A stretch of 21,926 bases of DNA. Origin: an uncultured virus (IMG/VR IMGVR_UViG_2636415832_000002). Lineage: Duplodnaviria; Heunggongvirae; Uroviricota; Caudoviricetes. The first letter of the stretch is position 1, and every line of letters begins with the position of its first letter. Shown here piece after piece: positions 18,416 to 21,926 of the stretch. The position numbers were made by a program, and so were the translations under genes. Below the pieces are notes generated by a model. That model had not been told where the DNA came from and made no database searches. It was given only the letters and a program-made list of their open reading frames with translations. The DNA is taken from IMG/VR virus record IMGVR_UViG_2636415832_000002; one strand, 5' to 3'.

Positions 18416-18694
18416 TGTAGGTATTAGCCTAAAGCGTGTGTATCTAGATACACATGCGTCCCGATAATCGGTATAGGGCATTCGTTTCGATGATTTATAA
18501 TATAATTATAGACGTTGAAACTGAATGGAGGATAACGCTAATGAATCTATTAATGCAACTATTAATTGACTTATCAGTTTATCCAGCAGTCTTATGCAAT
18601 ATAGGACTGTTAAACTTTAACCTATCATTTTTGTTAGGGAGGCGGTTGAAAACCAATTCCTCCTTGTCCACCGCCGCAATATAATGGAGGAATT
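18416..18694 (+). ncRNA. Putative RT-associated structured RNA (~280 nt)
   Basis: Near-contiguous stems found by eye: 18434-18457, 18458-18479, 18479-18527, 18530-18584, 18585-18611, 18621-18638 and 18641-18675, many with G-U pairs, ending at the RT RBS. Confidence 0.7.
18541..18684 (+). CDS. Candidate 47-aa hydrophobic small ORF inside the RT leader
   Basis: GGAGG at 18527-18531, 9 nt, then ATG; MNLLMQLLIDLSVYPAVLCNIGLLNFNLSFLLGRRLKTNSSLSTAAI; stop 2 nt before the RT RBS. Confidence 0.3.
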   Translation: MNLLMQLLIDLSVYPAVLCNIGLLNFNLSFLLGRRLKTNSSLSTAAI

Positions 18695-18700
18695 ACAGTA

Positions 18701-20128
18701 ATGAGTACAGATGATTCTTTTAAAAAATTTGTAACTAGAAATAAAATTAAAGAGACTTTTGAACTGTATGTTGCTCAAAAGACTGACACTTTAACTGATG
18801 AACACCAAGTTAAAGTCCCAGAAGGTCTTGATGGTATAGATTACAAGTTATTTCAAAAAACTCTTGCTCATCAAGTTGATACAATCTTCAAAAGGATACA
18901 ACGAGGAAATTACTACTTTTATCCGCTGAGAGAAGTAAAGATTTCAAAAGATCCATTATTGAATATTAAGGATGCTGAAAAGCAAGGGAAAATAAGAAAA
19001 TTGTCAATTGCTACTATTAGAGATGTTATAATTCAAAAAATGTTATATGACTATCTAAGTCCATTTACTGAAGAGAAATTTACTGAATTACCATATGTTA
19101 GTTTTGCGTATCGTAAAAATGTAAATGCTCAGAAGGCAGCACAGAAAGTATTCAATGATCTAAATGATCAGTATATTTATGCTCTTGATGCTGATTTAAA
19201 AGGATTTTTTGATACTATTCCTCATGATAAGCTTTTTAAACAAGTTCTGACTTTTTTTAAAGATATGCCTGAAACTCACAAGCTTCTTTATCGTTTTATT
19301 CATATTGATATCGGATACAAAAGTAAGAATAAAAATAAGGTAATTAGAGAAAAGCGTAAAGAAGGTATTCCACAAGGTGGGATAATTTCCGGAATGCTAG
19401 CAAATATATATCTTCATCAATTTGATTTCTGGATAATGACAGTTTTAAAAGCTAAATATGATATAAGGTATACAAGGTATGCTGATGATTTTATCATATT
19501 AGCAAAAAATAATGACAGTATTACAAATATTCAAGAGGAATGTAAGGAATTCCTTGAAAATATTGGGCTAGTACTACACCCAGACCCCCAAAAAACAAAA
19601 ATATGTACACTAACTAATAGTAGAAGTTTAGATTTTGTTGGATTCAAAATTTCACAAAAGTATATTGGTGTCAAAGATAGTAATATAAAGAAATTTAAAA
19701 TAAGAATAGAAGAAATTTTAAAAACTACAGACTTTAAAAAGAAGAAGTCACTAGAGCTTTTAAAATTAAGGATGAGTTATAAGTACTTCGGTAATGAATA
19801 TAAGAGTTTCAAGTGTAAAACCTGCGGAAATTTTGAAAAATCGAGAAATTGGATGAGATTTTTTTTAGTGATTACAGATACAAATCAGTTAAAGAATTTA
19901 GATAAATGGGTCTATAAATCCATAAACTATTATTATTATAAGAAAACAGGGGAAAGGCTTCCTAAAAATGCGTTAAAGCAATTGGATTTCCCTTCTTTAG
20001 AATTACTTTATTATAACTATCGAAAACAGTTAAGCTATGAAAATGAGTATTGCCAATGTAATGCTATAGATAAAAATCTTTATGCCACTAAAAATCCTTA
20101 TAATGAGTTATTCAATATTTATACATAG
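18701..20128 (+). CDS. Stand-alone reverse transcriptase (group II-like / UG-DRT-type), probably defence-associated
   Basis: GLDGID (RT0), RKLSIATIRD, SFAYR, DADLKGFFDTI, GIPQGG, YADD and LDFVGF motifs; thumb NWMRFF...LDKWV; extra CKTC and CQC cysteines; GGAGG RBS. Confidence 0.95.
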   Translation: MSTDDSFKKFVTRNKIKETFELYVAQKTDTLTDEHQVKVPEGLDGIDYKLFQKTLAHQVDTIFKRIQRGNYYFYPLREVKISKDPLLNIKDAEKQGKIRKLSIATIRDVIIQKMLYDYLSPFTEEKFTELPYVSFAYRKNVNAQKAAQKVFNDLNDQYIYALDADLKGFFDTIPHDKLFKQVLTFFKDMPETHKLLYRFIHIDIGYKSKNKNKVIREKRKEGIPQGGIISGMLANIYLHQFDFWIMTVLKAKYDIRYTRYADDFIILAKNNDSITNIQEECKEFLENIGLVLHPDPQKTKICTLTNSRSLDFVGFKISQKYIGVKDSNIKKFKIRIEEILKTTDFKKKKSLELLKLRMSYKYFGNEYKSFKCKTCGNFEKSRNWMRFFLVITDTNQLKNLDKWVYKSINYYYYKKTGERLPKNALKQLDFPSLELLYYNYRKQLSYENEYCQCNAIDKNLYATKNPYNELFNIYT

Positions 20129-20220
20129 TTAGACTTTTTTGATATAAACTCCTCCTTTGGGTGAATTAACATTATCTAAAATAACTTCTTTTTATAAGGA
20201 TCCCTTAAACACAATGATCT

Positions 20221-20257
20221 AGGCACATTTCAGGAGAAGAAATGTGCCTTCTGTTTT
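20221..20257 (+). terminator. Intrinsic terminator between the RT and OLD genes
   Basis: AGGCACATTTC-aggagaa-GAAATGTGCCT, a perfect 11-bp stem followed by TCTGTTTT. Confidence 0.75.
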
Positions 20258-20312
20258 ATAAATCATTTAATTGCAAATACATCTATTGAAATGGATTGGG
20301 GGAAGAAAGTAA

Positions 20313-21926
20313 ATGTTATTGAAAAAGGTTAAAATTTATAATTATAAGAAGTTCGAGGACTTTTCTTTAGATTTTGATAGTAACTATTCAATAATGATAG
20401 GGAATAATGGGGCTGGTAAATCAACATTTTTAGAAGCAATTCACTTAGCGTTGACAGGGACAATCAATGGGAAACCAATCTTTTATGAGTTATCTCCCTA
20501 TATATTTAATAGAAAAATTGTTAACAAGTTTATCGAGGAAGTAAAAAATGATAATAAAAAAACTCCACCTGAAACAATAATCGAGTTATACTTCGGAGAG
20601 TCAGAAGACTCTGACCTCAATGAATTATTGGGTATGGAGAATAGCGAAAATATGAATGTGCCGGGATTTGTATTCTCTATTAAATTTAATGAGCATTATC
20701 GAGGGGAATATCAGCAGTATATTGAGAATGAAAATTTTATACATATTCCTACTGAGTACTATACAGTTGAATGGAAAAGTTTCGCAGGATTAACAATAAC
20801 TACAAGATCGATTCCTATAAAATCACACCTTATTGACTCCACTACTACAAGTCTAGCTACTAGTTCACAAAAGTATATTATGAAGATTATCTCAGATGTA
20901 TTAGATGAAAAACAAAAAGCTAATTTAGCAGTTCTCTACCGAAGCTATAAGGAAAAGTTTGGTGAAGATCCTAATATAGCCTCTATAAATGAAGTGTTAA
21001 ACGAGAAGAAAAATCTTATGTTAGACGACACTAGGAATTTATCAATATCGTTGGATGTTACTCAAAAGGCTACTTGGGAATCTGCAATAGCTGCCTTCTT
21101 AGACAATATCCCTTTCGATTATATCGGTAAAGGGGAGCAAAATGTTATAAAGACTACACTATCTATTGGAAACAGGAAGCCTAAAAGAAATTTAATACTA
21201 ATAGAGGAACCTGAGAGTCATCTGTCATTTTCAAACATGAGAATCTTATTAGAAAAAATAATATCAGAGTGTTCTGATCAACAATTACTTATTACTACTC
21301 ATAGTTCATATGTATTAAATAAAATGGCAATGGAAAATGTTATTCTTCTTGGTGAAAATAGAAGTGGGAAGCTAAATCAATTGCCAAAGGATACAAGAGA
21401 CTATTTTCAAAAACTACCGAACTATGACACTTTAAGATTTATTTTATCTAAGAGGGTAATATTGGTCGAGGGGCCTGCAGATGACTTAATCATCCAAAAA
21501 GCCTACCATCAAAGATATAATAAACTTCCGTTAGATGACGGGATAGATGTCATATCAGTAAATGGGCTATCATTCAAAAGATTTTTGGATATAGCAAAGT
21601 TACTAAATATAAATACTGTAGTAGTTACAGATAACGATCATGATTATGAAAAGAATATTAACAACAAATATAGAGACTATACGGGTGGTACAATTAAATT
21701 GTGTTTTAGTACAAATAATGAGCTAAATACGTTAGAACCACAGGTGTTAAAATGTGATGCTGGTAATTATGATAAATTAAAAACTATACTAGGAAAACAA
21801 GATAAGTCTGAAGAAGAGTTGTTAGAATTTATGCTGAAAAACAAAACTGATTGGGCGCTAAAAGTATTTTTAAACAGCGAAACACAATTAAATTTTCCGG
21901 AGTATATAAATGATGCCATCCAATAA
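20313..21926 (+). CDS. OLD-family ATP-dependent endonuclease (ABC ATPase plus TOPRIM), Gabija GajA-like
   Basis: Walker A GNNGAGKS, signature GKGEQ, Walker B IEEPESH, H-loop TTHS, TOPRIM VEGPADD and DND. Any partner gene would lie outside the window. Confidence 0.9.
   Translation: MLLKKVKIYNYKKFEDFSLDFDSNYSIMIGNNGAGKSTFLEAIHLALTGTINGKPIFYELSPYIFNRKIVNKFIEEVKNDNKKTPPETIIELYFGESEDSDLNELLGMENSENMNVPGFVFSIKFNEHYRGEYQQYIENENFIHIPTEYYTVEWKSFAGLTITTRSIPIKSHLIDSTTTSLATSSQKYIMKIISDVLDEKQKANLAVLYRSYKEKFGEDPNIASINEVLNEKKNLMLDDTRNLSISLDVTQKATWESAIAAFLDNIPFDYIGKGEQNVIKTTLSIGNRKPKRNLILIEEPESHLSFSNMRILLEKIISECSDQQLLITTHSSYVLNKMAMENVILLGENRSGKLNQLPKDTRDYFQKLPNYDTLRFILSKRVILVEGPADDLIIQKAYHQRYNKLPLDDGIDVISVNGLSFKRFLDIAKLLNINTVVVTDNDHDYEKNINNKYRDYTGGTIKLCFSTNNELNTLEPQVLKCDAGNYDKLKTILGKQDKSEEELLEFMLKNKTDWALKVFLNSETQLNFPEYINDAIQ

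Noticed and set aside
18454..18540. Longer 76-aa version of the leader ORF
   Set aside because: ATG 18454 is inside a hairpin and has no RBS; only ATG 18541 has a Shine-Dalgarno.
18416..20128. Classical retron (msr-msd)
   Set aside because: The RT lacks NAxxH and VTG and has group-II-like RT0 and thumb motifs; no long a1/a2 inverted repeat bracketing the leader was found.
18416..20300. Group II intron
   Set aside because: No domain V/VI-like sequence after the ORF, a short leader, and a terminator follows.

Overview
AT-rich Bacillota (Bacillaceae-like) defence island built around the remains of a mobile element. Left to right: (1) the 3' part of a type I restriction-modification locus (hsdS, hsdR). 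(2) A four-gene type IV CBASS operon: 2TM/SLATT-like effector, QueC-like Cap9, TGT-like Cap10, and a CD-NTase starting MGGSGG. (3) An XRE switch with small hypothetical or DNA-binding genes. (4) A complete IS110-family element whose ends, CT core, circle-junction promoter and candidate bridge-RNA guides can be read from the sequence; it sits inside the Shine-Dalgarno of (5) a P-loop replication-type ATPase gene, which is followed by an iteron-like region. (6) A tandem excisionase-type HTH gene and a methyltransferase remnant. (7) A stand-alone, group-II-like YADD reverse transcriptase (RT) with a Cys-rich C-terminus. It is preceded by a ~280-nt densely structured leader that contains a small ORF with its own RBS, 12-nt repeats and an anti-SD pseudoknot. 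(8) An OLD/GajA-type ATPase-TOPRIM nuclease. The ncRNA-RT unit is the best candidate for an undescribed system. All calls come from reading motifs by eye; no database search or folding program was run.
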